DNA of 64,000 nt, from contig JAYKGY010000128.1 in assembly GCA_035285545.1 (NCBI GenBank), positions 41,627 to 105,626 of the forward strand, in the 5' to 3' direction. Origin of the DNA: Snowella sp. GTDB taxonomy: Bacteria; Cyanobacteriota; Cyanobacteriia; Cyanobacteriales; Microcystaceae. Of the stretch, positions 28,687 through 39,316 are shown in pieces. How positions within the stretch are numbered: position 1 is the stretch's first letter; the number at the start of each line of letters is the position of its first letter. The notes beneath the pieces were generated by a model, which worked only from the letters and a program-made list of their open reading frames with translations, was not told the DNA's origin and did not search any database. A program made the position numbers and the translations under genes.

Positions 28687-29661
28687 CTATGCTCGCCAAT
28701 TAAAAAACATTGTTGTGGCTAAAATTGCAATGCCAAAGATTAAGCGGTACCAGACGAAAACCCAGGTGCTGCTTTTTTGTAAGTAACGTAATAACCAGGC
28801 GATCGCGAGATAGGAAAAAACGGCAGAGGACAGAACACCGATCACCAAAGGAAGCACCGTATCGCCCGAAAATCCGGCTTTAAAAGCATCTTTAAGTTCC
28901 ACTAACCCCGCTAAGGTAATGGCAGGAATGCCTAACAGAAAAGAAAATCGGGCCGCCGTGGCCCGTTCTAAATTGATAAATAAGCCTGCGGTTAGGGTTG
29001 AACCAGAGCGAGAAACCCCAGGAATTAAGGCTAAAGATTCCGCTAAGCCCATGATGATACCATCTTGCCAACGTAATTTTTCGTAGGGACGACGATGGGT
29101 TCCCAATTTTTCCGCTAATCCCAACAGAATCGCCATAACAATAGACGCGATCGCGATCGTGGTTAAACTGCGTAGGGGCGAACCATCTAAATCAGAAACC
29201 AGCAGCTTTAACAATAAGCCAAAAAAGATAATAGGCAAAGTTCCTAGCCCAATTCCCAACGCTAACTTAAATTCTAAAGAACTATAATCTTTTGTCTTGA
29301 TCGCTTTCACCATTCCCAGGGTAATTTGCGATAAATCACTCCAGAAGTACCAAACTACCGCCGCAATACTGCCTAACTGAATGACTGCCGTGTAGGAAAC
29401 CCCCGGATCTCCCCACCCCAAAGCAACCGGAATGACTTTTAAGTGGGCAGTACTACTAATGGGTAAAAATTCCGTTAAACCTTGGACTAATCCTAAAATC
29501 AACGCTTGAAACCAGTTCATTTGAGCCGCCGTTGCCGTTTCTTCTGCTGCTTGGGCATTAATCAGACCATGATCTAAGAAAACAAGGGTTATTCCCAAAA
29601 ATGCACAAATCCCAAAAAAGCCAAGTTTGCGTGAAAGCATTGATTGATCCATCGAAAGCAA
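28687..29661 (-). CDS. uppP: Undecaprenyl-diphosphate phosphatase
   Basis: QGLTEFLPISSTAH, PGVSRSGST. Confidence 0.95.
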   Translation of the reverse strand: MLSMDQSMLSRKLGFFGICAFLGITLVFLDHGLINAQAAEETATAAQMNWFQALILGLVQGLTEFLPISSTAHLKVIPVALGWGDPGVSYTAVIQLGSIAAVVWYFWSDLSQITLGMVKAIKTKDYSSLEFKLALGIGLGTLPIIFFGLLLKLLVSDLDGSPLRSLTTIAIASIVMAILLGLAEKLGTHRRPYEKLRWQDGIIMGLAESLALIPGVSRSGSTLTAGLFINLERATAARFSFLLGIPAITLAGLVELKDAFKAGFSGDTVLPLVIGVLSSAVFSYLAIAWLLRYLQKSSTWVFVWYRLIFGIAILATTMFFNWRA

Positions 29662-29791
29662 CTCAAAAATTTTAACCTACTCCTCTCCCTTTGAATTTGC
29701 AATTTTGAGCGTATCTGAATTGAGAAACCTGCGTTCAACTTGTGCCCCTCAGCCGTTAATCTAGATAAGGACAGGTAAGAGGATATTCAAC

Positions 29792-31090
29792 GTGGCGTTT
29801 AAGATTGGTTTACTTGGCTTAGGAACCGTAGGCACAGGAACGGTGGCAATTTTACAAGACCCGTTGGGACGCAATCCCTTATTGAAGGATATTGAAGTAC
29901 ATCGGGTGGGGGTGCGATCGCTGGAGAAAAACCGTGAGGTTAACTTACCATTGGGAGTTTTAACCACCGATTTAGAAGCCATTGTCACCGATCCCGACAT
30001 TGACATTGTGGTGGAACTAATGGGGGGACTAGAACCAGCGCGATCGCTGATTTTGAAAGCCATTGCCCACAAAAAACACGTTGTTACGGCCAATAAAGCG
30101 GTGATTGCCCGTTACGGCCATGAAATTTATAGCGCGGCCAATGAAGCCAGGGTTTACGTTTTACTCGAAGCAGCGGTGGGGGGCGGCATTCCCATCATTA
30201 AACCCCTCAAACAATCCTTGGGCGCAAACCGTATTCAAAGCATTATCGGTATTGTCAACGGCACGACTAATTACATCCTGACCCAAATGACCACCGAGGG
30301 AGCCGACTTTGAAACGGTCTTAGCTGAAGCCCAAAAATTAGGCTATGCCGAAGCCGATCCCAGTGCCGATGTGGATGGTTACGATGCCGCCGATAAAATT
30401 GCGATTTTGGCCTCCCTGGGATTTGGGGGACGGGTCAAGCGTGAAGACGTTTACTGCGAGGGCATTCGTCAAGTGAGTGCAATGGATATTACCTACGCCG
30501 ACAAATTAGGCTTTGTGATTAAACTATTGGCGATCGCGGAAGGATTACAGGGGGAAGAATCCGAGGTCTTGCAACTCCGAGTCCATCCCACCCTAGTCCC
30601 CAAAGCCCATCCCTTGGCCAACATCAATGGGGTGTATAACGGCATCTTAGTCGAAGGCAATCCCTTGGGTCAGGTCATGTTCTACGGTAGAGGAGCCGGA
30701 GCGGGCCCAACTGCCAGCGCGGTCGTTTCCGATGTGTTAAATATTGTAGGGATTTTATCCAGTAGCCAAGTCACCGATGATCTAGACCCTTTACTCAGTT
30801 GTATTCATCAGCATTATTGCCAAGTTACCCCAATTGAGAATCTGGAAACCCGTTTTTATGCCCGTTTCTTGTGTTACGACATGCCAGGGGTCATTGGTCA
30901 TATTGGCATGAGTTTTGGTAATCATCAGGTCAGCTTAGAATCGGTCGTGCAAATTGGGTTTCAAGAAGAATGTGCAGAAATTGTGGTGGTGACCCATAAT
31001 GTCAAAGAAGGTAATTTTCGAGCCGCTTTAGCAGAAATGGAACAATTAGAAGCAATTAAAGCAATTCCCAGTGTTTTGCGAGTCCTGTAA
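29792..31090 (+). CDS. hom: Homoserine dehydrogenase with ACT domain
   Basis: GLGTVG, VVTANK, EAAVGGGIP, NGTTNYIL, GAGAGPTASAV. Confidence 0.95.
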   Translation: MAFKIGLLGLGTVGTGTVAILQDPLGRNPLLKDIEVHRVGVRSLEKNREVNLPLGVLTTDLEAIVTDPDIDIVVELMGGLEPARSLILKAIAHKKHVVTANKAVIARYGHEIYSAANEARVYVLLEAAVGGGIPIIKPLKQSLGANRIQSIIGIVNGTTNYILTQMTTEGADFETVLAEAQKLGYAEADPSADVDGYDAADKIAILASLGFGGRVKREDVYCEGIRQVSAMDITYADKLGFVIKLLAIAEGLQGEESEVLQLRVHPTLVPKAHPLANINGVYNGILVEGNPLGQVMFYGRGAGAGPTASAVVSDVLNIVGILSSSQVTDDLDPLLSCIHQHYCQVTPIENLETRFYARFLCYDMPGVIGHIGMSFGNHQVSLESVVQIGFQEECAEIVVVTHNVKEGNFRAALAEMEQLEAIKAIPSVLRVL

Positions 31091-31213
31091 TAATGAATAA
31101 TTAATAATGGATAATTGATAATTATTGACTTCCTAATTTTTATTAACTAATTCCTATCAACTATTAATTACTAATTATTAACTATTAATTATTAACTATT
31201 AATTATTAACTAT
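31091..31213. repeat. Two opposed heptamer (STRR) arrays
   Basis: Left TAATGAA/TAATTAA/TAATGGA/TAATTGA; right ATTAACT/ATTAATT repeats. Confidence 0.8.
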
Positions 31214-31243
31214 CTAAGCTGATTAAGATGAGCTAACTCGTTT

Positions 31244-32152
31244 ATGGTAAAGCCAACCCATCTTTCTTTGCGTTTTCCTAACAGTCTGGCAGTCTTTTGG
31301 GTATTGACCCTGTTTTCCTTCTTGTTTATGGCGCGATCGCCGATTACAGTAGCTCAATCTTCCCCCGATTCCTTAGCCCTCAAATGTGCTGAGCCGGTTC
31401 TGTCTAAACTGAAGCGTCATAAAATTGCCAAAGGTGAAACGGTTGAGTCCATTGCCCAACGCTATAAATTAGCCCCTGAAACCTTAGTTAGACTTAATCC
31501 CAACTTAGGGAAAGGCCAAGCTCCTGTGGGACAAGAGATCCTGATTCCGCCATTTAATGGTATTCGCGTTACAGTTCCCCCTGGGGCGACCTGGCAAGAC
31601 TTAGCCAAAGCCTATGGGGTACGTGCAGATTTACTCTTTGAACTCAATGGTTGCCAAAAAAATCCCACGGTTGCTTTTATTCCGGGCATCACCTGGACAC
31701 CGACCACTCAAAAACCCAAAGATAATTACACGGGCTTAAGTGCTTACCCCTTACCCGCGATCGCCAAAATTGGCCTCGATTATGGCTGGCAAAAAAATCC
31801 CCAAACTCAACAAACGTTTTTTCACAGTGGCGTAGATCTGATTGCCCCTGTCAATACCCCCGTCCTAGCGGCCGCTTCAGGAACCGTTGTTTTAGTCAGT
31901 AAAGAAGGCCCCTATGGCTTTTTGGTCATTATCGATCACGGGCAAGGTCGGCAAACCCGTTATGCTCAACTCAGCCGCTTTCAAGTAGAAACCGGCCAGA
32001 CTGTTAACTCAGGTCAAACCATCGGTTATGTCGGAACCAGTGGCCGCCCCGATATTGCCGAACCCCATTTACATTTTGAAGTGCGTTTTCAGTCCCCTGT
32101 CGGTTGGGTCGCCCAAGACCCTAAATTACATTTACCGAAAACTAAGTCTTAA
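31244..32152 (+). CDS. LysM + M23 peptidase
   Basis: Two LysM domains; HSGVD and PHLHFE M23 motifs. Confidence 0.9.
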   Translation: MVKPTHLSLRFPNSLAVFWVLTLFSFLFMARSPITVAQSSPDSLALKCAEPVLSKLKRHKIAKGETVESIAQRYKLAPETLVRLNPNLGKGQAPVGQEILIPPFNGIRVTVPPGATWQDLAKAYGVRADLLFELNGCQKNPTVAFIPGITWTPTTQKPKDNYTGLSAYPLPAIAKIGLDYGWQKNPQTQQTFFHSGVDLIAPVNTPVLAAASGTVVLVSKEGPYGFLVIIDHGQGRQTRYAQLSRFQVETGQTVNSGQTIGYVGTSGRPDIAEPHLHFEVRFQSPVGWVAQDPKLHLPKTKS

Positions 32153-32241
32153 GACTATTTGAAGAGCTACGCAAATTCATTAAAAGTCATCTGGGTAATT
32201 TTTAATTACGATAAAGAAAACAAGAAAATGAATGATTAATT

Positions 32242-32679
32242 ATGACGACTACCTGGGATGAACTTGTTTTTAAGTCACCCTATTTAGCTGTAGAAAAAGC
32301 CAAAGAATTGCTACAGGAGGGGCAAATGACTGAAGCCTATAATCTTTTAGAAAGTTTAACGGAATCAATGGGGCGATCAGAAAAGCGTGCGGTTAGTAGT
32401 CAACTCACACGGCTCATGCTTCATATTATTAAATGGAAATGCCAACCAGAAAAACGCAGCGTCAGTTGGATTATTTCCATTCGTTCGGCACGACGAGAGA
32501 TTGCTGATAGCCAAGAGGAAATGCCAAGTCTGAATCGAGATTTTTTATATTCGATTTGGGATAAGTGCTTTATTGCAGCCAAACAAGATGCGAGAGATGA
32601 AATGGGAAAAAAGCCAGAAATTTTGACCTTAACGTGGTCTGAAGTTTTTGAGGAAACTTATACTTTCTGGGAAGATTAA
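32242..32679 (+). CDS. DUF29 family protein
   Basis: ESMGRSEKRAVSSQLTRLMLHIIKW...SW...PSL. Confidence 0.85.
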   Translation: MTTTWDELVFKSPYLAVEKAKELLQEGQMTEAYNLLESLTESMGRSEKRAVSSQLTRLMLHIIKWKCQPEKRSVSWIISIRSARREIADSQEEMPSLNRDFLYSIWDKCFIAAKQDARDEMGKKPEILTLTWSEVFEETYTFWED

Positions 32680-33360
32680 TTAATTTAAAATTTTCAGCAT
32701 TTGATTGCCCCCACGCTGAAATTCGTAGGAAACGCGCTGAATTTCACAATTATATCCATTTTCTTCTAGCTTAGTCACAATAGGCACTAGATAAGGAGAC
32801 GTTTCTAACGATAAAGTCAATAAGGGAAAAATTCGCACTTCCTTGCAAACTCGCAACATTTCCTTAATCGCTTGAAAATGAAAAGACTCATCTAAATGGG
32901 CCGAATATAAAAAGAGAAAATGGGAACAAAGACCTAATTCAAATTGTTGATTTTGATAGAGTAACGTCGGTAATTCTCCGATTTGATAACGATTTTCGAT
33001 TTTTCCTGCTGCAAAATCCTGACAAAATAGCTCTAGTGTCCGTTCTCGATTACGTTTTAAGTCATCGGGCGAGTGATGATATGCCCAAACCCAATCCTCT
33101 GGCGTATTTCTCACTTGTTTAATAATTAGATCAACCACTTGATTAAAGCGATCGCGGATTTGCTCAGTAGTGAAAGAATACAAAGGATCAACTGACGTAA
33201 TGTTCGCTCCTAACAGCGTACCTTCTGCATTAAAACTGGCTGGCCCATCGGCAACACTTAAAATTGATTTTTGCAAGTCTTGTTGAGTGAGATTGAACAT
33301 TTTTCGGTATTCGTCTAGCGATCGCCCAAAGGGAACCACTTCAGTCAATTGCATTGCCAT
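32680..33360 (-). CDS. SAM-dependent methyltransferase-like protein
   Basis: GRSLDEY..MF, DGPASF, LCSHFLFLY, EVRIFP, YEFQRGGNQML. Confidence 0.75.
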   Translation of the reverse strand: MAMQLTEVVPFGRSLDEYRKMFNLTQQDLQKSILSVADGPASFNAEGTLLGANITSVDPLYSFTTEQIRDRFNQVVDLIIKQVRNTPEDWVWAYHHSPDDLKRNRERTLELFCQDFAAGKIENRYQIGELPTLLYQNQQFELGLCSHFLFLYSAHLDESFHFQAIKEMLRVCKEVRIFPLLTLSLETSPYLVPIVTKLEENGYNCEIQRVSYEFQRGGNQMLKILN

Positions 33361-33597
33361 CGATCTTACTGCTCCCTACCTTTTTATTGGTGAACGTTAC
33401 TCAATGAGCCTCACTCTTAGGATAGATTAATTTGGAAAAGTCAAAGTTAGCAGGAAAACTAGGCTACAATAATTAGCCGCTTAAGGATAGTTAAAACGCA
33501 CAAAATAACTTGAAAAAGAGCGAGAGTATTGACAAAAGTAGATTCTTAATAATTGATCAATTGCTCATAATAAATAGTGATAAATTAGGATGCTTGA

Positions 33598-34779
33598 ATG
33601 AATCGTCAATTTTGGATAATCGCCTTAATTTCCTTCATTAATTCCCTCAGTATGACGATCCTCATTCCTGTCATTTATCTGTATGGCAGACAATTTGGAC
33701 TTAATGATCTACAAACCAGTTTTTTATTCTCCGCCTATTCTGTCGCTCAGTTTTTTGCCACGCCGGTTATCGGCAAGTTAGCCGATCGCTTCGGACGCAA
33801 ACCATTATTAATTCTGAGTTTATTGGGAACTGTCGTTGCCAACAGCTTGGCCGGCACTGCAACCACGGCGTTTGTTCTCTTTTTTGCTCGATTTTTAGAT
33901 GGAATTACGGGGGGAAATGCCTCGGTCGCTCAGGCGGTCATTGCGGATGTTACTTCCCCTGAACAACGGGCAAAAGCCTTTGGTATTAATGGAGCGGCCT
34001 TTGGGTTGGGTTTTGTGCTTGGCCCGGTGATTAGTCTTTTAGCTCAGCAAATTTCCCTGGGAGCCGCTTTTCTAGCATCGGGCGCGATCGCGTTTATTGC
34101 CCTCCTATTAACGATCTTTTTTCTGCCTGAAACCTTGGAACAGAAAGCCACCAAAGCCAAGAATATTTTTGATTTGGGCTTAGGCAATTTAATCAAAGGA
34201 TTAAAATTACCGAAAATCGGGATTTTGTTAATCATTAATTTCTTTTTAGGGACAACGTTTACAATTTTTACCTATGCGTTTCAGCCCTACTTTATTGAAG
34301 TTTTAAATCAAAATAACCAGTCACTAACCCTGATGTTTTTGAGTTTTGGGGTTTTAGGCGTTGTGATGCAAACCTGGGGAATTGGTTGGTTAACTCGTCA
34401 ATTTCAGTTAGTCCAAATTTTATTTCTAGGCTTATTGATTCGGAGTTTATCTTTCCTCTTGATGCCGGTTTGGGCCAATGTGATTTATTTTACGGCGATT
34501 AGCATTGTTTTTTCTCTGTTTAATGCCCTCGTACAACCCATGATCAATGCCCTAATTTCCTTAAACACTAAACCCGAAGATCAGGGAATGGCTCTGGGTC
34601 TTAATGCGTCCTATTTAGGGGTGTCTAATGCCTTTGGCCCGGTCATTGCAGGATTGTTAGTTCATCGCGAAAATCCCATTACCTATTCCTATCCCCTTTA
34701 TCTCTCTGGTATTTTAACGTTGATGGTTTTGGCAGTGGCGATCGCAACCCGTCGTCAATATGCGGTCAAAACAGCGTGA
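33598..34779 (+). CDS. MFS efflux transporter (TetA/DHA1-like)
   Basis: GKLADRFGRKP motif A, ARFLDGITGG, GFVLGP motif C. Confidence 0.9.
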   Translation: MNRQFWIIALISFINSLSMTILIPVIYLYGRQFGLNDLQTSFLFSAYSVAQFFATPVIGKLADRFGRKPLLILSLLGTVVANSLAGTATTAFVLFFARFLDGITGGNASVAQAVIADVTSPEQRAKAFGINGAAFGLGFVLGPVISLLAQQISLGAAFLASGAIAFIALLLTIFFLPETLEQKATKAKNIFDLGLGNLIKGLKLPKIGILLIINFFLGTTFTIFTYAFQPYFIEVLNQNNQSLTLMFLSFGVLGVVMQTWGIGWLTRQFQLVQILFLGLLIRSLSFLLMPVWANVIYFTAISIVFSLFNALVQPMINALISLNTKPEDQGMALGLNASYLGVSNAFGPVIAGLLVHRENPITYSYPLYLSGILTLMVLAVAIATRRQYAVKTA

Positions 34780-34786
34780 CCCTCAA

Positions 34787-36556
34787 TTACTGAGTTGCGG
34801 TTAACCATTGGGTAATGTCTGCCTGGGGTAACGGTTTACTAAATAAAAAGCCTTGACCAAATTCACAATTTAATTCAGCTAACAGTTGTTGTTGGGTTCG
34901 AGTTTCAATGCCTTCCGCAATCACATCCATTTTCAAAATATGGGCAAGTTCGATGATCGTTTTGACAATTGCCTTTCTTTCCCCATCGCCTTCAATTTGA
35001 TTGACAAAGGAGCGATCAATTTTAAGCGTATTAATAGGAAAACGATGTAAATAATTCAAAGAAGAATAGCCTGTCCCAAAGTCATCAATACTAATTTGAA
35101 TGCAGCGATCGCGGAGTTGATTTAAAATTTGGGTTGCAGAATCAATATTTTCAATAATGGCAGATTCCGTAATTTCTAACTTTAAACAATGGGCTGAAAT
35201 AGCTAATCTTTCAATAATTTCATCTATCTTTTCTAATAAATGGGGCTGGGCAAACTGCTTAGGAGAAAGATTAATACTCATGGTTACTTGAGCATCAATC
35301 AGTTGAGCCTGTTGCCATTGTGTCAGTTGTAAACACGCGGTTTCTAAAACCCATAGCCCCAAGGGAATAATTAACCCCGTATCTTCTGCTAAGGGAATAA
35401 AATCCAAAGGAGAAATAATCCCTAATGTGGGATGAATCCAACGAACTAAGGCTTCAAAACCGACCAATTTTTCGGATTCTAAATGAATAATGGGTTGATA
35501 ATAAACCGTAAAGGCGGATTGAATTAAAGACTGTCGCAATTCACTTTCGAGTTGTAGCAGAGCCACCGCATTTTTGTGCATGGTCGCATCAAACAGTTGA
35601 TAACATCCCTTTCCCCTCGCTTTCGCCTTATACATCGCAATATCGGCATCTCTTAAAATTTGTTCCGGTTGCGAATAACCGCGATTTAAGCAAATACCAA
35701 TACTAAAATTAATAAAAATGGGATTGTTATTGAGCGAAAAAGGATAACTCATGGCTTGATGGATACTTTCCGCTAGTTGAATCACTTCTTCTGTGTCTTG
35801 AATCCCTTCTACTAAAATGGTGAATTCATCTCCACCAATGCGAGCCAAGGTTACCCCTTCCCTTAGAGAAGATAACAAGCGTTGCCCGACTGCAATCAAC
35901 AATTCATCCCCCATTAAGTGCCCCAAGGAATCATTGACCACCTTGAAGCGATCGCCATCTAAAAAAAGTACTGCAAAGGCGAAATCGGGATCAACCGTGG
36001 CGCGAGTAATCGCATCTTGTAACTTTTGTAAAAATAAAGCGCGATTGGGTAAATTGGTTAATGAATCATGGAGAGCTAAATAATGCAGCCGTTCTTGGGC
36101 TTTCTCTAACTCATGGGTTCTTTCTTTTACCCGTTCCTCTAAAACCAGATTCAGTTGGCGAATCTCAGCCCTAGCCACCTGTAACTGGAGTTGATTTTCA
36201 ACCCTAGCAATGACCTCTTCCACTTGAAACGGCTTCGTAATGTAATCCACCCCTCCCACGGAAAAAGCCGTTACCTTATCAATCACATCCCCCAGGGCAC
36301 TAATAAAAATAATCGGAATCTCTTGGGTTTTCGGATTGGCTTTTAACTGCCGGCAAACCTCATAGCCATTCAGTTCAGGCATAAAAATATCCAGCAAAAT
36401 CAGATCGGGGGGAATCGTCTGAATCGCTCGTAATCCATGGGAACTTTTGGCCGCACTACGAACTTTATAGCCCCTTTCCGTTAGAATTCTCGCTAACAAA
36501 GTCAGATTTTCCGGCGTGTCATCAATGACCACAATATCTGCTTTGGAGAAAGCCAT
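34787..36556 (-). CDS. REC-GGDEF-EAL c-di-GMP enzyme
   Basis: DLILLD, RIGGDEF, FEALVRW, DDFGTGYSS all intact. Confidence 0.93.
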   Translation of the reverse strand: MAFSKADIVVIDDTPENLTLLARILTERGYKVRSAAKSSHGLRAIQTIPPDLILLDIFMPELNGYEVCRQLKANPKTQEIPIIFISALGDVIDKVTAFSVGGVDYITKPFQVEEVIARVENQLQLQVARAEIRQLNLVLEERVKERTHELEKAQERLHYLALHDSLTNLPNRALFLQKLQDAITRATVDPDFAFAVLFLDGDRFKVVNDSLGHLMGDELLIAVGQRLLSSLREGVTLARIGGDEFTILVEGIQDTEEVIQLAESIHQAMSYPFSLNNNPIFINFSIGICLNRGYSQPEQILRDADIAMYKAKARGKGCYQLFDATMHKNAVALLQLESELRQSLIQSAFTVYYQPIIHLESEKLVGFEALVRWIHPTLGIISPLDFIPLAEDTGLIIPLGLWVLETACLQLTQWQQAQLIDAQVTMSINLSPKQFAQPHLLEKIDEIIERLAISAHCLKLEITESAIIENIDSATQILNQLRDRCIQISIDDFGTGYSSLNYLHRFPINTLKIDRSFVNQIEGDGERKAIVKTIIELAHILKMDVIAEGIETRTQQQLLAELNCEFGQGFLFSKPLPQADITQWLTATQ

Positions 36557-36627
36557 CGGTTCTCGTACTCCTACTTGATCGCATTGAAAAAGACCGGCAG
36601 ATTACTCTTCCACCCATGATGATTCCC

Positions 36628-37770
36628 CTATTCCGACGCTGAATCAGGCTCAGTTTTAGATTTAGATTTTGCTTTCGTTGTTTTGCCCTTAGTTTTCCGT
36701 GTGGTCGTCGTTTTCACGGGTTTTGGCTCAGGAGTCGCGATCGCTAATTCAACAGGAGTTTCCACAGGGGTTTCTACTGAGCTTTCTACTGGGGCTTCGG
36801 TAGATAAGGCCACAGAAGTTTCTTCGGGGGAGGCAACAGGCGTTGCGGCAGCTAACTCCACTGATGATGGTTCGACTGGCGTTTCCTGCGGGGTTTCAAC
36901 AACCAACTCCACTGACGCTTCTGGAGAAGCAGCAACTAGGGAATCTGAAGGACTTTCCCCAGAGCTTTCCGCTTGATCGGGAGCTTTGGATTCAGCCTTA
37001 GATTTCTTCTGAGGTTTGGGAGGACGGATTGATTTTTCGGTTGTTGTTTCTGTCTCGGCTGCTTCCTCCGTATTTCCGGCGGTCTTATCCCTCGATTTGG
37101 AGCGGAGGTTCGTTCCTTCCATTGGGGGCTTTTTCACCCGTCTTGGTGCAACGTCTTGCGGTTCTGCAATTTGGGAAACAAACCCAAAACAAGCCCGTTG
37201 GGGAATAAGACGAGCCATAATTTGGCAAAATTTCGGTTTTTCCTCAGAATCTTTCCGAAAGCGATAGGGGGGCTGATCGGCCCAAATGAGGGGCAAGTGC
37301 TGATTGGAGGGGCGATTTTCGTAATTTTTGAGTTCATTGCGATAAATCGTAAAAACAGGACGACGACACTGGGGAATAAATTGCCAAATGCCTCTGAGGA
37401 CAAAAATGCCTGGCTCTCCCTTTTCTGCCTGTTCTGTCCCCATCCAAACGGCTTTAAAACTCAAGCCTTCGCCTTTAGACTGGGGATAGCATTTTATCCA
37501 AACGACTTGATCAATATGATTATTGGCTACTGCCATCACTCGACGAGGCAGATACAAAGGAAAAAGACTGTCTTTGATTTGTACCTGAAAACGATCTTCC
37601 GCCTTGGAAATTTTCCCCCGTAGCCACCCGATTGCCTGGTAATAGTTTTGGGGAGTTGTGTCTAATTTGACCTCAACCTCTACCGATGATTCGGGAGACA
37701 ATTCCGAAGGAGAAGATTCTTCTGCAAGATTTTGAGAAGAGGTAGGAGGGGTGGGCGGGGTCGGTTCCAT
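36628..37770 (-). CDS. Hypothetical protein with globular core and E/T/P/K-rich low-complexity tail
   Basis: 380-aa ORF; core YQAIGWLRG...WQFIPQCRRP...HLPLIW; tail with VETP repeats. Confidence 0.7.
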   Translation of the reverse strand: MEPTPPTPPTSSQNLAEESSPSELSPESSVEVEVKLDTTPQNYYQAIGWLRGKISKAEDRFQVQIKDSLFPLYLPRRVMAVANNHIDQVVWIKCYPQSKGEGLSFKAVWMGTEQAEKGEPGIFVLRGIWQFIPQCRRPVFTIYRNELKNYENRPSNQHLPLIWADQPPYRFRKDSEEKPKFCQIMARLIPQRACFGFVSQIAEPQDVAPRRVKKPPMEGTNLRSKSRDKTAGNTEEAAETETTTEKSIRPPKPQKKSKAESKAPDQAESSGESPSDSLVAASPEASVELVVETPQETPVEPSSVELAAATPVASPEETSVALSTEAPVESSVETPVETPVELAIATPEPKPVKTTTTRKTKGKTTKAKSKSKTEPDSASE

Positions 37771-38216
37771 AAGAATTTTGAATAGTGGCGTTTATTGGAT
37801 TAAGTATGCGTGACAAGCTAAGCAAAGGCAAGTAGTTTGATAATAATGCTTTAAGAGCAATGGATTCAAATTTTTGCTGACATTCCCATTACTGAATCGC
37901 CTAACTTGTTCCCAATGAGTAAATAAATACTCTTGTTAATTTACTCCAAAATGACATATTTAGCGGATTTATGAAAAGTACATGTTACGGAATTTGAACG
38001 TTTTGAGAGCAGCTTGCCTTATTCCACAATGATTTAAATTTATCCCATACCAAATTAAATAGAAAAGATGACACCCTCCCACCTACGATTTTCTCCCCTA
38101 GCAAGGAAATCAACTTGAACATCTTAATTTGCGCGTTAATCCACTTCATGGGGTCTCAATTCTCCATCAGCATTGGTCGGGAACCTGAAACCCATTACAG
38201 TTTAAAAGATGTCTTT

Positions 38217-38244
38217 GAACCTTTTCAGGAGAGCTTGGGTCTAA
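38217..38244 (+). promoter_or_regulatory. Putative ECF sigma promoter (GAACC ... GTCTAA) upstream of sigH
   Basis: GAACC 38217-38221, GTCTAA 38239-38244, about 30 nt before the start. Confidence 0.6.
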
Positions 38245-38273
38245 AGGACTGTATCCACGGATGAGGTAAATAG

Positions 38274-38861
38274 GTGTTAGTGGAAAACCTAACCCGAATG
38301 GCGGATAAACAGTTAGTTCTCCAGTGTCAACAGGGGAATTCAGACTCTTTTCGCCACTTATATCGACGTTATCAAGCTAAAGTGCGTTCTACGCTGTATC
38401 AATTATGTGGCAATAACCGCTTAGATGATCTCGTTCAGGAGGTGTTTTTACGAGTTTGGAAAGGATTACCCAAGTTACGAGAAACGACTTACTTTTCGAC
38501 CTGGCTCTACCGCATTACCTGGAATGTGGCGATCGATGAACGGCGAAAGTTTGCTAAATCGGGCTGGGCGATCGCCGAGGATCTCAGTGAGGTTGCAACC
38601 GAGTTATCTCGTCCCCAAGATAGCCCCAATTTAATGCAATTGCATTATCAAGACTTGATTCAGCAAGGGTTACAGTCTTTGAGCTTAGAACATCGAGCGG
38701 TTTTAGTGTTACATGATTTAGAGGATTTACCTCAAAAAGAAGTGGCTGATATCTTGCAATTACCAACAGGAACCGTAAAATCTCGGCTGTTTTATGCTCG
38801 GCAGGCCATCCGCACTTTTTTACAGCAGCAAGGAGTTTATCATGCGTCAATTTCCGAATAA
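38274..38861 (+). CDS. sigH: ECF sigma factor (SigH-like)
   Basis: DDLVQEVFLRVW, STWLYRI, GTVKSRLFYAR; sigma/anti-sigma/Spy order as in the Synechocystis sigH operon. Confidence 0.8.
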   Translation: MLVENLTRMADKQLVLQCQQGNSDSFRHLYRRYQAKVRSTLYQLCGNNRLDDLVQEVFLRVWKGLPKLRETTYFSTWLYRITWNVAIDERRKFAKSGWAIAEDLSEVATELSRPQDSPNLMQLHYQDLIQQGLQSLSLEHRAVLVLHDLEDLPQKEVADILQLPTGTVKSRLFYARQAIRTFLQQQGVYHASISE

Positions 38862-39270
38862 TTCCTCTGATCAGGATCGGAATGACAATTTTGATCCTGA
38901 TTTTGTTCGCTTCCTCCAGCAATATCAACCACTGCCCCCGAATCCCAGTCAGGGTCTAGAAGAACGGATCATGTCCCTTATTCAGACTGAACCTCCTGGC
39001 TTGCGATTGGATCAACGGTTTTGGATGATTCCTACGGCGATCGCCACCGGATTATGTCTACTTTGGGGAGGGTCTCGATGGATGCAATCTAACACCCCCT
39101 TGGCTGGCACAATGCAAACGCAGGAAATAGAAGCCTTTCTCGTCGATAATTGGCAAACGGTTGTTACGCCTGAACCCCATTCCCCTGCCCTGACCACATC
39201 GGTTAACGATTGGCAACTGCTAACCCAGCCGGAAATGACGGGTTATTTATCCACTGCCTATCAACCCTAG
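38842..39270 (+). CDS. Putative membrane anti-sigma factor
   Basis: AGGAG RBS before ATG 38842; FLQQYQPLPP...LEERIM, single TM. Confidence 0.75.
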   Translation: MRQFPNNSSDQDRNDNFDPDFVRFLQQYQPLPPNPSQGLEERIMSLIQTEPPGLRLDQRFWMIPTAIATGLCLLWGGSRWMQSNTPLAGTMQTQEIEAFLVDNWQTVVTPEPHSPALTTSVNDWQLLTQPEMTGYLSTAYQP

Positions 39271-39316
39271 TTTTTCAATTATTTTTAATCTTTCCCTATC
39301 TAAGAGGTTTAATGCC

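Noticed and set aside
36683..37623. Antisense/overlapping ORFs in the track (e.g. 36683-36976, 37156-37623, 44044-44346, 57325-57672, 61762-63108)
   Set aside because: They lie inside well-supported genes and have no recognisable motifs; shadow ORFs.
38180..38205. Second GGAACC...GTTTAA before sigH
   Set aside because: The 14-nt spacer is too short for an ECF promoter.
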